Source: an uncultured Atopobium sp.
Lineage (GTDB): Bacteria; Actinomycetota; Coriobacteriia; Coriobacteriales; Atopobiaceae
DNA length: 64,000 nt
Assembly: GCA_963550405.1 (NCBI GenBank)
Contig: CAUVBV010000003.1
Coordinates: 35,335-99,334 of the forward strand
Direction of reading: 5' to 3'
In this document: positions 9,362-20,582 of the stretch, one piece after another
How the letters are laid out: every line of letters starts with the position of its first letter
Numbering within the stretch: the stretch's first letter is position 1
The notes under the pieces: model-generated
Database searches by the model: none
The model's input: only the letters and a program-made list of their open reading frames with translations
Told to the model about the DNA's origin: nothing
Position numbers and translations under genes: made by a program

Positions 9362-12142
9362 TTATTCGTCATCATCCAGCAGTGAATCGTCCAGTACTTC
9401 CTCTTCATCTCCAAGGTCAACGGACTCTGCCTCATCAGCATCACGAGCGCCAGCGGCCATCAGATCAAGCATACCTTGGTTCTCTGCGTGCTTTGGGGCC
9501 TTCTTTTTGTTGGCAACCATACGAGCAACTGCAGAAACAACGTCGCTACCAGAGAGGTTCATAACCTTGACGCCCTGAGTTGAGCGGCCAAGCTTGGAGA
9601 TATCGCCAGCCTTGACGCGGATTACTACGCCCTCCTCGGACATGATCATAATCTCGTGCTGAGGACCAACAACGCGACAGGCAACCAGGTTACCCTTCTT
9701 CTCCGTCATTGTGATGGTAAAGACGCCCTGGCCACCACGCTTATGGACTGGGTACTCAGAAATTGCAGTGCGCTTTCCGTAGCCCTTCTCGGTAATAACG
9801 AAGAGGTCGCCATTGCCGTTGGTAATCTCCATGCCAAGCATAGTTGCGTCGCCCTTGAGCGTAATACCACGGACGCCTGAGGTGCCACGGCCCATGCTTC
9901 TTGCCTCAGCCTCGTCAAACAGGATTGCCTTGCCGTCAGAGGAGCACAGAACAACCTTGTCACCTGGGTGAACGCGACGGACGTTAACAAGCTCGTCGCC
10001 GTCCTTGAGGTTGATTGCAATGAGGCCGTCCTTGCGTGTACGGTCGTACTCAGACATTGCAGTCTTCTTAACCATACCCTGCTTAGTAGCAAACATCAGG
10101 TAGTTGTCTTCTGGGAAGTCGCGGGTAGTGATAACTGCCTTGACCTTCTCGCCTTCTGCAAGCGTCTCGATGACGTTGATGATGGCGCTACCCTTAGTGG
10201 TTCTGTTACCAACCGGAAGCTCATGGACCTTGAGGCGGTACACCTTACCAAAGTTGGTAAAGAACAGCACATAATCGTGGGTAGAAGCAACAAAGAGATT
10301 CTCAACAAAATCGTTCTCTTTGAGAGAGACGCCCTGAACACCCTTGCCTCCGCGCTTCTGAGAGCGATAAATCTCAACAGGAACGCGCTTTACGTAACCT
10401 GCGTGAGTAACGGTAACAACCATATCCTCTTCGGCGATAAGATCCTCAACGTCCAGGTTCTGAATGTCCTGGTCAGAGATTTGCGTACGACGCTTGTCGG
10501 CGTAGCGGTTGGAAATCTCACGGAGCTCATCAGCAATAACTGCCAAGATCTTTTCCTCGTGGGCGAGAAGATCCTCGTAGTAGGCAATATCAAGCCTGAG
10601 CTGGGAAATCTCGTCAACAAGATCTTGACGTGCCAGGCCGGTAAGACGACGCAGACGCATCTGAAGGATTGCTTCACCCTGAATCTCATCCAAGCCAAAG
10701 CGCTCGTTCATGCGCTTCTTTGCCTCAGTATCATCTTGCGAGCTGCGAATGATGTGGACAATCTCGTCGATGTTATCAACTGCGGTCAGAAGGCCTTCCA
10801 AAATATGGACGCGCTTCTGAGCCTTATCCAGGTCAAACTCAGTACGACGGCGTACAACATCAATCTGGTGATCAATGTAGTGACGAAGAATCTCGCGGAG
10901 GGAAAGCGTACGAGGAACACCGTCAACCAAAGCCAGGTCAATGATGCCAAAGTTGGACTGAAGCTGAGTCTTCTTATAGAGATTGTTCAAAACAACCTGT
11001 GGTACAGCATCACGCTTGAGGTCCAAAACAATGCGCATACCCTTACGGTTGGACTCATCGCGCATGTCAGAGATGCCTTCGATTTTCTTCTCGTTGACTG
11101 CCTGAGCAATCTTCTCCTGGAGAAGACCCTTGTTAACCTGATATGGAATCTCAGTAACAACAAGGCGCTGACGACCGCTCTTAACCTGCTCAACGTGGAC
11201 TTTTGCGCGGACCGTAATAGAACCGCGGCCAGTCTCGTAAGCGTCCTTGATGCCCTGAGTGCCCATGATGATGCCACCTGTTGGGAAGTCAGGACCAGGT
11301 AGAACGGTCATGAGCTCCTCAGTGGTAACGTCAGGGTTCTCAATCATCATGCAGACAGCGTTAGTTACCTCACCAAGGTTGTGAGGAGGAATGTTGGTAG
11401 CCATACCAACTGCAATACCTGAAGAACCGTTAACCAAAAGATTTGGGAAACGTGCAGGAAGAACTGCTGGCTCTGTCAGTGACTCATCATAGTTTGACTG
11501 AAGGTCAACGGTGTTCTTGTTAAGCTCTGCCAGCATCTCCATAGCACTTCTGGTAAGACGTGCCTCGGTATAACGCATTGCTGCTGGTGGATCGCCATCG
11601 ATAGAACCAAAGTTTCCGTGACCATCAATCAGAGGAAGTCTCATCGAGAAGTCCTGAGACATACGGACCATGGAGTCATAAATAGCGGAGTCACCGTGTG
11701 GGTGGTACTTACCCATGACTTCACCGACTGCCCATGCAGACTTCTTATGTGGGCGGTTTGGCGTAATGCCAGCCTCACTCATTGCGTACAAAATACGGCG
11801 GTGAACAGGCTTTAGACCGTCTCGAACATCTGGAAGTGCACGAGCAACAATAACGGACATGGAATACTCAAGGAAGGAAGTCTTCATCTCTGAGGACAAG
11901 TCAGTTGGCTTAAGGGTGCCACCGTGAATGTCAGAGAGATCAAGACGAGTACCAGCCTCATCAGAGATGATGTGTGAAGTCTCTCCCGTTACTAGATTTA
12001 CTCCAGTCTCTGGGTCAAACTCATCGGAATCTTCTTCTACCTCATCATCTTCGTATTCTTCATCCATATCGTTTTGTGCATCGAGGTCTTGGTCCTCATC
12101 TGCACCAAAAAGATCGTCGTTCATATTTTTATCGTCTGCCAC
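9362..12142 (-). CDS. gyrA: DNA gyrase subunit A
   Basis: 926 aa. It has [24 protein letters not shown], the active-site region [10 protein letters not shown], and a C-terminal beta-pinwheel. Both termini are acidic. GTG start with SD GAAAGGG. Confidence 0.98.
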   Translation of the reverse strand: MADDKNMNDDLFGADEDQDLDAQNDMDEEYEDDEVEEDSDEFDPETGVNLVTGETSHIISDEAGTRLDLSDIHGGTLKPTDLSSEMKTSFLEYSMSVIVARALPDVRDGLKPVHRRILYAMSEAGITPNRPHKKSAWAVGEVMGKYHPHGDSAIYDSMVRMSQDFSMRLPLIDGHGNFGSIDGDPPAAMRYTEARLTRSAMEMLAELNKNTVDLQSNYDESLTEPAVLPARFPNLLVNGSSGIAVGMATNIPPHNLGEVTNAVCMMIENPDVTTEELMTVLPGPDFPTGGIIMGTQGIKDAYETGRGSITVRAKVHVEQVKSGRQRLVVTEIPYQVNKGLLQEKIAQAVNEKKIEGISDMRDESNRKGMRIVLDLKRDAVPQVVLNNLYKKTQLQSNFGIIDLALVDGVPRTLSLREILRHYIDHQIDVVRRRTEFDLDKAQKRVHILEGLLTAVDNIDEIVHIIRSSQDDTEAKKRMNERFGLDEIQGEAILQMRLRRLTGLARQDLVDEISQLRLDIAYYEDLLAHEEKILAVIADELREISNRYADKRRTQISDQDIQNLDVEDLIAEEDMVVTVTHAGYVKRVPVEIYRSQKRGGKGVQGVSLKENDFVENLFVASTHDYVLFFTNFGKVYRLKVHELPVGNRTTKGSAIINVIETLAEGEKVKAVITTRDFPEDNYLMFATKQGMVKKTAMSEYDRTRKDGLIAINLKDGDELVNVRRVHPGDKVVLCSSDGKAILFDEAEARSMGRGTSGVRGITLKGDATMLGMEITNGNGDLFVITEKGYGKRTAISEYPVHKRGGQGVFTITMTEKKGNLVACRVVGPQHEIMIMSEEGVVIRVKAGDISKLGRSTQGVKVMNLSGSDVVSAVARMVANKKKAPKHAENQGMLDLMAAGARDADEAESVDLGDEEEVLDDSLLDDDE

Positions 12143-12186
12143 AAGTTACCCTTTCATTTTCTGTCTAATGATTTAGCGAGAAACCA

Positions 12187-14172
<1,986 letters not shown>

Positions 14173-14290
14173 TTACTATGAAATCGCCAAAATCAACTCG
14201 GCACAGAGAAATTTCATTGTTTAAACAGTAATATTGTGTATCTGAGAGGCTCTGTAAAGAGATTTAAGGACAGATTAGTGACAGATTAGA

Positions 14291-14824
14291 CTAAAGACTC
14301 TTTTTTTGTCTAAAACTTGCTTCAATCGCTTTATAAGCCGTTGACTTGAGTGGCTCAGAAAGACCAGAAACTAACTCAGAAATTTGTGATTTTTCTTCTG
14401 TAGTGAGTTCTGGAAGAACTTTCTTCTCTACTTTTTGGCCCTGAGGTTGTTCTTTTGAGGAACCGTCTTCTTTACCAGTATGTCTATTGTATTTATCCAG
14501 CTTAAACTCAAGATCTGAAAATTCCAGGCCATGCTCTGACAACCTTGCTCTATAGATTTCTCTTTGTGCAAGAAAATCAATCATGCACATACGATTGTCT
14601 ACATAAACGGTAAGTACAGGATATTCTCTACCAGCAATTTCTCTAACAAATACGCCGGTTGTGTGTTCTACTTCTCTTTCACCATTTGACTCAACCCATG
14701 CAAGATAAGCGCGACGATTTTTAGACATACTCTTAGAATCTCTGAAGGTTCCAAGCAGAGCGCTCATTAAATCTTTTGCGTTTTCATTACCACCACGCGC
14801 AGGCATTTCTTGTTGATTATTCAT
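14291..14824 (-). CDS. DUF721 (DciA-like) protein
   Basis: 177 aa in the conserved recF-DUF721-gyrB position of Actinobacteria (the Rv0004 position). The core ..YLAWVESNG..HTTGVFVRE....LTVYVDNRMCMIDFLAQREIYRARL fits the DUF721 pattern loosely. It overlaps recF by 8 nt. Confidence 0.6.
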   Translation of the reverse strand: MNNQQEMPARGGNENAKDLMSALLGTFRDSKSMSKNRRAYLAWVESNGEREVEHTTGVFVREIAGREYPVLTVYVDNRMCMIDFLAQREIYRARLSEHGLEFSDLEFKLDKYNRHTGKEDGSSKEQPQGQKVEKKVLPELTTEEKSQISELVSGLSEPLKSTAYKAIEASFRQKKSL

Positions 14825-15908
14825 CGCTAAACCTAACTATCTGCGCTTTCTCTAAGATCTCTTCAGAGAAATAACCAAGGTTGGTAGTTGTAATTATGGT
14901 TTGGATGTCATGGAATGCAAATTCCATAATGGCTTTTCTGCGATCTTCATCCAACTCACTCATCACATCATCTAAAAGCAACAGGGGTTTCTCGCCAAGT
15001 ATTTCTTCTGAGAGTAAAACTTCTGCCATTTTAAGTGCTAAGACCACCGTTCTGATCTGGCCCTGCGACCCAAAATTTCTAGCGTCTTTACCTTCAATCA
15101 AAAACTCAGCATCATCTCGGTGAGGACCTTTAGTGCTTTGTTGACGACGGATATCATCTGCGTGCGCTTCGTTTAAAGCCTGTAAAAACTGATCAGTAAT
15201 TTCTTCTCTAGAGGCTTCAAGAGAAACCTCTCCAATTGAAGAAATATAGTTCATCTCCAGGTGCTCTCCGCCAGAAAGTTCCTGGTAAATCTCGCATGTT
15301 TTCTTTGCCAGGCGCTCAAACAAATGAATGCGCGCATGAAGAAGCGTTGCTCCTCCCCTTGCAAGCGAAAGATCCCATGCATCAAGCAAATTATTGTCAG
15401 GCCAATCAGATTTAAGCAGCTTATTTCTTTGCTCAACTGTTTTGGTATATACCGAGAAAACCTTGAAGTAGCTCTTATTTGCCTGGCGACCAAAGTCATC
15501 GAATTCTTCTCGGCGATATGATGCACCGCCTTTAATCATTGAAAGATCGTCAGGATTAAAAAGGACCGACATCAACGTACCAGAAATATCTGCCGCCTGG
15601 CATTTCTTGCCATTCTTTGAAAATTGGCGACGGCGTTCTGTGATGGTGCAGGTATTTTCTAGCTTTCTTCCATCTCCTGTAAGAGAAATTTCTATCTTTG
15701 CTTCAGAAGTACCTGTAAGAAGGAGCTGTGAAGGCGTTGGTTTTCTAAAAGAATATCCAGCGGTAAGGAGTTGTAATGCCTCGACAGTATTTGTCTTACC
15801 TGCGGCGTTTTTTCCTACAAAGATAGTAGTTTGCGCAGATAAATCTATTTCTTTCGAAGTAAAACAACGAAAGTTATACAGTGAAACATGTTCAACTTTA
15901 AGTCCCAC
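14817..15908 (-). CDS. recF: DNA replication/repair protein RecF
   Basis: Walker A GKNAAGKTN, SMC-like signature SQGQIRTVVLALKMAE, Walker B LLLLDDVMSELD. Position is dnaN-recF. Confidence 0.95.
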   Translation of the reverse strand: MGLKVEHVSLYNFRCFTSKEIDLSAQTTIFVGKNAAGKTNTVEALQLLTAGYSFRKPTPSQLLLTGTSEAKIEISLTGDGRKLENTCTITERRRQFSKNGKKCQAADISGTLMSVLFNPDDLSMIKGGASYRREEFDDFGRQANKSYFKVFSVYTKTVEQRNKLLKSDWPDNNLLDAWDLSLARGGATLLHARIHLFERLAKKTCEIYQELSGGEHLEMNYISSIGEVSLEASREEITDQFLQALNEAHADDIRRQQSTKGPHRDDAEFLIEGKDARNFGSQGQIRTVVLALKMAEVLLSEEILGEKPLLLLDDVMSELDEDRRKAIMEFAFHDIQTIITTTNLGYFSEEILEKAQIVRFSDE

Positions 15909-15923
15909 ACAACCCCTATCAAA

Positions 15924-17024
15924 TTAGAGGCGAACAGGCATCAGAAGATACAAATAGTTGACCTTACCATTTGATTTAAAGATTGCTGGCTGAGAAGGAC
16001 CCTGGAGCTCAAGACGCAAAAGGTCCTTGGAAGGAGCAGCATTTACACAATCAAAGACGTAGTGGTAGTTCAAAGCGATTGAAAGAGAGTCTCCCTCAAT
16101 TTGGGCCTCAATATGCTCAGAAGATTCACCTTGATCTGGTGAAGAAGCAGACAGTTTAACTTCTTTTCCGTCAGCATCAACATCAAAACGTACTGATGGA
16201 TTTGCCAGAGCAATAACAGAGACGCGCTTGAGAGCTGCAGAGAAATCTTCAACGTTGATATCAACTGACGCAGTACAAGACGTAGGAAGTAGCTGCTTAT
16301 AGTCAGGGAAATGACCTTCAATCTTACGAGAGATGTGAGTGGTGTTTCCAAACTGGAAGACTACCTGATTGTCCGTTGTACCAATTAAAACCTTTTCAGT
16401 CATGCTACGCATTGAGAGAACATCATGGAAAACTTCACCAGAGATAATTGCACTAAAAGATTCACCTGCTGGAGTATCTGTATTGGAATCACAAACAGCA
16501 AGACGGAATGAGTCGGTTGCAACAAGGCGAATAGTATTGTCTTCAACAGTGAGAGAAATTCCCTGAAGAATTGGACGAGAAGCTTCCTTTGAAGTTACAC
16601 GATAGACTTTATCAACCATCGTTGATAGAAGTTGGCTTGGAAGCTCACAGGTTTTCTCAAGATCAAACTCTGGGAACTGCGCCCAATCGTGAGCAGAAAG
16701 AGTATTAAGTCTAAAAGAGGAACGCTGACAAGTTACAGAAAGTGTACGGTCTCCACCTTCAAAAGTAATTGCTGCATCAGGGAGGTTCTTAACAATGTTC
16801 TGGATAACCTTTCCAGAAACAACTGTCTCTCCTTCTTCTTCTACGTTTGCTGCAATCTGATGCTTAATAGAGATAGTTAAGTCACTGGACTGTAGCTCAA
16901 GCATGCCATTAAAAGCTTTGAGATAAATACCAGAGAGAATTGGAAGTGTTGTATTAGAACCAATGCCTTTAGAAACAATATCAAGTGCCGTCTGGAGAGC
17001 GGATTGACTTACGGTAAATTTCAT
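15924..17024 (-). CDS. dnaN: DNA polymerase III beta sliding clamp
   Basis: 366 aa with three-domain clamp length, N-terminus MKFTVSQSALQTAL and C-terminus YLLMPVRL. Position is dnaA-dnaN. Confidence 0.95.
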   Translation of the reverse strand: MKFTVSQSALQTALDIVSKGIGSNTTLPILSGIYLKAFNGMLELQSSDLTISIKHQIAANVEEEGETVVSGKVIQNIVKNLPDAAITFEGGDRTLSVTCQRSSFRLNTLSAHDWAQFPEFDLEKTCELPSQLLSTMVDKVYRVTSKEASRPILQGISLTVEDNTIRLVATDSFRLAVCDSNTDTPAGESFSAIISGEVFHDVLSMRSMTEKVLIGTTDNQVVFQFGNTTHISRKIEGHFPDYKQLLPTSCTASVDINVEDFSAALKRVSVIALANPSVRFDVDADGKEVKLSASSPDQGESSEHIEAQIEGDSLSIALNYHYVFDCVNAAPSKDLLRLELQGPSQPAIFKSNGKVNYLYLLMPVRL

Positions 17025-17257
17025 GACGACCCTTTCTATTATTTCTTAGATAAGAATAAAAATATCGTAGTAATAATAAGCCATGTTGAAAAGAAGAAAG
17101 CTTTACATTTCTAGAGGTAGAAATATGTTTCTAGAGGTCAGATTTGTTTGCTTATTTTTAACATTCATAAACAAAGTAAAACTCCCTCTCTTAAACTCTC
17201 AACAACAAACTATTACTTCTCTTCACCAATTGACATCTTACGAACAGGTTTTAAACA

Positions 17258-18787
17258 CTAACTTTGTTCAAGGATAGTCTTCTTGAGTTGAGAAATTTGA
17301 TCATAGAAGCTTTTATCTTCTTTGATCCTCTCTTCAATTACCTCAATACTGTGCAAAATAGTTGCGTGTTTTCTTCCACCAAAATGCTTACCAATATTTA
17401 CCAGTGTGTATTGGCAAAGATCGTGAGCAAGATAAATGGCAACATGACGAGGTTCTGCAATCTCTTTATTTCTCTTGTTACCAACAATATCGCGATGACT
17501 GATGCCATAGACATTCTCTACGACTTCTTGGACCTTCTCGATATTTACGGTCTTTGAAACGCGTCGCCAAAGAGTATCTGCAATCTTATCAATCTCTTCT
17601 TGTTTAATATTTTTCCCGGACTCTTTTGCTTTGATTTGTCCGGTGACGCAACGATTACAGAAGCCCTCAAGCGTTCTAATACTTTGACCAGCCTTGTCAG
17701 CCATGTAACGACGGATGTCCTCTGGCAAATCGTCTGCAGAAAGAGAAGAATTTCTTTCTTTAAATGCGCGGTCGCAGAAGACATGAATAAGATTGAGCTT
17801 CATCTCGTAACTTGGAGACTCAATGCCAATAACAATGCCGCCACTCATACGAGAAGTAATACGATCATCAAAACCGTCAGAACCCATACCAAGCTGAGCT
17901 GGAGTTCTATCGGCGGCAAGAATAATCTGCTTACCTCTATCAATAAGAGAGTTAAAAATATTAAAGAAGAAGTTAATAGTACCCGCTTTACCAGCAAGTT
18001 TTTGAACATCATCGATGATAAGAACGTCAATGTTTTGGTAGTTATTACTCAGCTCTGTTGCAGCATTTCCTGAGGCATTTTTACGAACTGCATTTACGTA
18101 GTCATCAACAAAGGCATCTGCATCTTTGTAAACACAAACGCGCTCGATATCTTCAGCGTTGATGTAGTTCTGAACGGCTCGCAGAAGGTGAGTTTTTCCA
18201 AGTCCACTTGCACCGTAAATAAAGAGTGGGTTTGCCTTGCCTTTTGCGTCGTTTGCAACGTTTAAAGCATGCTGATGAGCAAGCTCATTCTCATCACCAA
18301 CAACAAAGCGATCAAATGTGAGGTTTGAATTAAAGGATGTCTCCTCATAGAGAGGGTTACTCTTACGACGCTTTAAGGTCTGCTGTTTTAGTTCCTCAAG
18401 GCTTTGTTCCTGGGATTCAAAATCTTGAATCTGTTCTGGAACGACAGCCTGTATAGGAGCAGTTTTCTGCTTCCAAGCGTTGAACTCTTGAGGAGTCATC
18501 GTAGAAGTAGTTGTAACAGGAGTAGAAGACTTTGTAAGCGTAAGACTTAAGATAATGTCTTCAAAGGCCGCAGCCGAGAGACATCTCTCAACAATTGGCA
18601 GATTTTTAAGGATACGGTTATATGCCAAGCGCATTGAAGTCTCAGCACAGAGCGTATTATCTTCAACTTTAATTGGAGTGCAGGTTCTTAACATGGCGAT
18701 AAAAGCCTCTGGCTGATTCTCTTCAACCAAAAGGTCAATTGCGTCTTGCCACAGAGCTACTGCGTCTGAATCAATTGATGCATCCAT
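17258..18787 (-). CDS. dnaA: Chromosomal replication initiator DnaA
   Basis: 509 aa. AAA+ Walker A GASGLGKTHLL, Walker B VLIIDDVQ, and the domain IV DNA-binding signature ..IGKHFGGRKHATILHSIEVIE.. Confidence 0.97.
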   Translation of the reverse strand: MDASIDSDAVALWQDAIDLLVEENQPEAFIAMLRTCTPIKVEDNTLCAETSMRLAYNRILKNLPIVERCLSAAAFEDIILSLTLTKSSTPVTTTSTMTPQEFNAWKQKTAPIQAVVPEQIQDFESQEQSLEELKQQTLKRRKSNPLYEETSFNSNLTFDRFVVGDENELAHQHALNVANDAKGKANPLFIYGASGLGKTHLLRAVQNYINAEDIERVCVYKDADAFVDDYVNAVRKNASGNAATELSNNYQNIDVLIIDDVQKLAGKAGTINFFFNIFNSLIDRGKQIILAADRTPAQLGMGSDGFDDRITSRMSGGIVIGIESPSYEMKLNLIHVFCDRAFKERNSSLSADDLPEDIRRYMADKAGQSIRTLEGFCNRCVTGQIKAKESGKNIKQEEIDKIADTLWRRVSKTVNIEKVQEVVENVYGISHRDIVGNKRNKEIAEPRHVAIYLAHDLCQYTLVNIGKHFGGRKHATILHSIEVIEERIKEDKSFYDQISQLKKTILEQS

Positions 18788-18803
18788 ACGTGTCCAATCA
18801 AAA

Positions 18804-18867
18804 TGTTGAAAATTGGGACACCTAGTATAGAGGAATGTTGATAACTTTCAGCGAATAATGTTGAGAA
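18804..18867 (-). promoter_or_regulatory. Cluster of three DnaA-box-like 9-mers directly upstream of dnaA
   Basis: Plus-strand TGTTGAAAA (18804-18812), TGTTGATAA (18836-18844) and TGTTGAGAA (18859-18867). On the dnaA strand these read TTNTCAACA, which is one or two mismatches from the consensus TTATCCACA. All three share one orientation within 64 bp. Confidence 0.55.
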
Positions 18868-18870
18868 ACT

Positions 18871-19749
18871 CTATGAAAGGAGGGTTTCTCCAATAGTGGT
18901 GAGCTTATATTTTTGCCCAACTTTACCAATTATTCCTATGTTTACCAGCGATTTTAATTCTCTTGACCAGGTTGGTGTAGAAAGGCCAAAGGCACCAGTA
19001 AGCTCTGTTGCTCCAACCCATTCATGTTCAGAGAGATACTGAAGAACTTGTTTTGCTCGATCTGTTAACACTAGATTAGGAAGTTGTGCAGCTGGTTGTG
19101 CAGATACCTGTCGAGATACTGCTTGTGGAGCATGTGAAATTGCCTGCTGATTCTGATTAACAGGCAATTCTTCAGCTTCTTCTTGAGTTGGAAGTGTCTG
19201 AATATGAGCATCTTTAGAGCGGCGTGTTGATAAAGTAACAATTGTGCCGCCAGAGATATTGTCTTCAAGGGTAAGGCTTCCACCCTTCTCAACCATATAT
19301 TGCTGAGCATAAGGAAGACCAAAACCAACGCCTCTAATAAACGATTTCATTTCTTCCGTTGCAGAAGAGGTACCAAACTCAAGAGCTCGGTTTTTCTCTT
19401 TAATACCAGGCCCTTGATCTGAAAACCTAATGGTATTTCCGTTGTCCATAATTGAGATTGTGGGTGCTACAAAGCGAGCATGAATGAAATTCTCCACAAT
19501 CTCGCGCATAACCATAAAAGGAATTTTTCCACCCTGCTCGTGAGCAAGCTGGTTAACCGTAGCTGCAATCTCGTCAAGATAAGAACGAACATCTTTAGGT
19601 TCTACAAGAACAACGCGAGGTGCTGCGGCTTTATCGTCATACACTGCAATACGTGCAGCATAGCGGACGGTAAGAGAGTTATCAGAACCAGCGCCTTTTT
19701 CATCCTGGTTGGTATTTTCCTCAACAAAAGGAAAGAAATCTCTTGCCAT
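18871..19749 (-). CDS. GHKL (HATPase_c-like) ATPase fused to a C-terminal winged-helix DNA-binding domain; function unknown
   Basis: 292 aa with a strong SD (AAGGAGG). Bergerat-fold motifs are REIVENFIHA (N box), DQGPGI (G1) and GVGFGLPY / GGTIVTL (G2/G3). There is no DHp/HisKA domain and no TM segment. A Q/P-rich linker is followed by LTDRAKQVLQYLSEHEWVGATELTGAFGLSTPTWSRELKSLVNIGIIGKVGQKYKLT, which looks like a MarR/wHTH domain. Confidence 0.7.
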   Translation of the reverse strand: MARDFFPFVEENTNQDEKGAGSDNSLTVRYAARIAVYDDKAAAPRVVLVEPKDVRSYLDEIAATVNQLAHEQGGKIPFMVMREIVENFIHARFVAPTISIMDNGNTIRFSDQGPGIKEKNRALEFGTSSATEEMKSFIRGVGFGLPYAQQYMVEKGGSLTLEDNISGGTIVTLSTRRSKDAHIQTLPTQEEAEELPVNQNQQAISHAPQAVSRQVSAQPAAQLPNLVLTDRAKQVLQYLSEHEWVGATELTGAFGLSTPTWSRELKSLVNIGIIGKVGQKYKLTTIGETLLS

Positions 19750-20035
19750 GACACCTCCTTTTCAACAATTGTTAAACAAATGAAGAAAACTTTTCGTTTT
19801 CTTTCACAGTGAATGAAAGTTTTCAACAAGTGTTAAACATCTGTAGATAACTTTACATATTTGTGAAAGACGTACTGAATGATAGTAGCATTTAACGGAC
19901 ATATTTCAGCTTACAGAAATATTCCTTTCAACAAAATTCTTCATGTATCACAAGTGAAATTTTCAAGATGAAAGGTTTTCTCGCTTAGTTTTTTGAATAA
20001 AAAAGAGAAAAAGTTGAGGTATTTGCGTAGAAAAT
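19750..20035. promoter_or_regulatory. Candidate oriC segment (DnaA-box-like repeats plus an AT-rich tract)
   Basis: TTTTCAACA at 19759 and 19820, CTTTCAACA at 19925, TTTTCAAGA at 19960, and TGTAGATAA at 19842 (reverse complement TTATCTACA). An AT-rich tract lies at 19985-20015. Gene orientation flips here. Confidence 0.5.
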
Positions 20036-20065
20036 TTGACAGGTACCCATAAACGCGAGTACAAT
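20036..20065 (+). promoter_or_regulatory. Sigma-70-type promoter of the rpmH operon
   Basis: TTGACA (20036-20041), an 18-nt spacer, then TACAAT (20060-20065). It lies about 47 nt upstream of the rpmH ATG. Confidence 0.55.
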
Positions 20066-20112
20066 CTGTAGGCTTTTTAATCGATACTGTACCCGTTCGG
20101 GAGGAAATAGCT

Positions 20113-20247
20113 ATGAAGCGTACCTACCAGCCAAATAAGCGCAAGCGCGCAACTACCCACGGTTTCCGTGCACGTATGGCAACTAAGAATGGTCGTGCCG
20201 TTCTCGCTCGTCGTCGCCTTAAGGGCCGTAAGCGCCTCACCGTCTAA
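20113..20247 (+). CDS. rpmH: 50S ribosomal protein L34
   Basis: Below the ORF-track size cut-off. My translation is [44 protein letters not shown], with SD GGGAGGAAA upstream. Confidence 0.95.
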   Translation: MKRTYQPNKRKRATTHGFRARMATKNGRAVLARRRLKGRKRLTV

Positions 20248-20258
20248 GGAATGTTTCT

Positions 20259-20582
20259 GTGAAGACCATTAAATCTCGTTCAGAGTTTGAAAGGGTCTTC
20301 TCTGCGGGGAAGAGGGCTCAAAGTTCTGTTCTTCGTATACGAGTAGCACCATCCACTGAGGCACATCCTTCCGAGGTAGCCTTTGTAGCTCCAAAAAGAC
20401 TAGGTAACGCCGTATTTAGAAACAGGTGTAAACGCGTTTTACGCGAAGCAGCTCGAAAGAGCGGTTTACCTGTTGAGGGATACGGCATTATTCTCTTTGC
20501 GACTAAAGATACACACAGCAGTAATCCTGCTGATATAAGCGTTTCTTTGGATGCTCTGTTAAGAAAGACAGGGGTCAAATGA
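20259..20582 (+). CDS. rnpA: Ribonuclease P protein component
   Basis: 107-aa basic protein immediately after rpmH. It has ..FERVF..GKR.. and the RNR-like motif [12 protein letters not shown]. Confidence 0.9.
   Translation: MKTIKSRSEFERVFSAGKRAQSSVLRIRVAPSTEAHPSEVAFVAPKRLGNAVFRNRCKRVLREAARKSGLPVEGYGIILFATKDTHSSNPADISVSLDALLRKTGVK

Noticed and set aside
9968-11302. 444-aa ORF on the plus strand, antisense to gyrA
   Set aside because: It lies entirely inside the strongly supported gyrA CDS on the opposite strand. Its sequence is Leu/Val/Asn-rich with low information, has no recognisable motifs and no SD. This is a classic shadow ORF.
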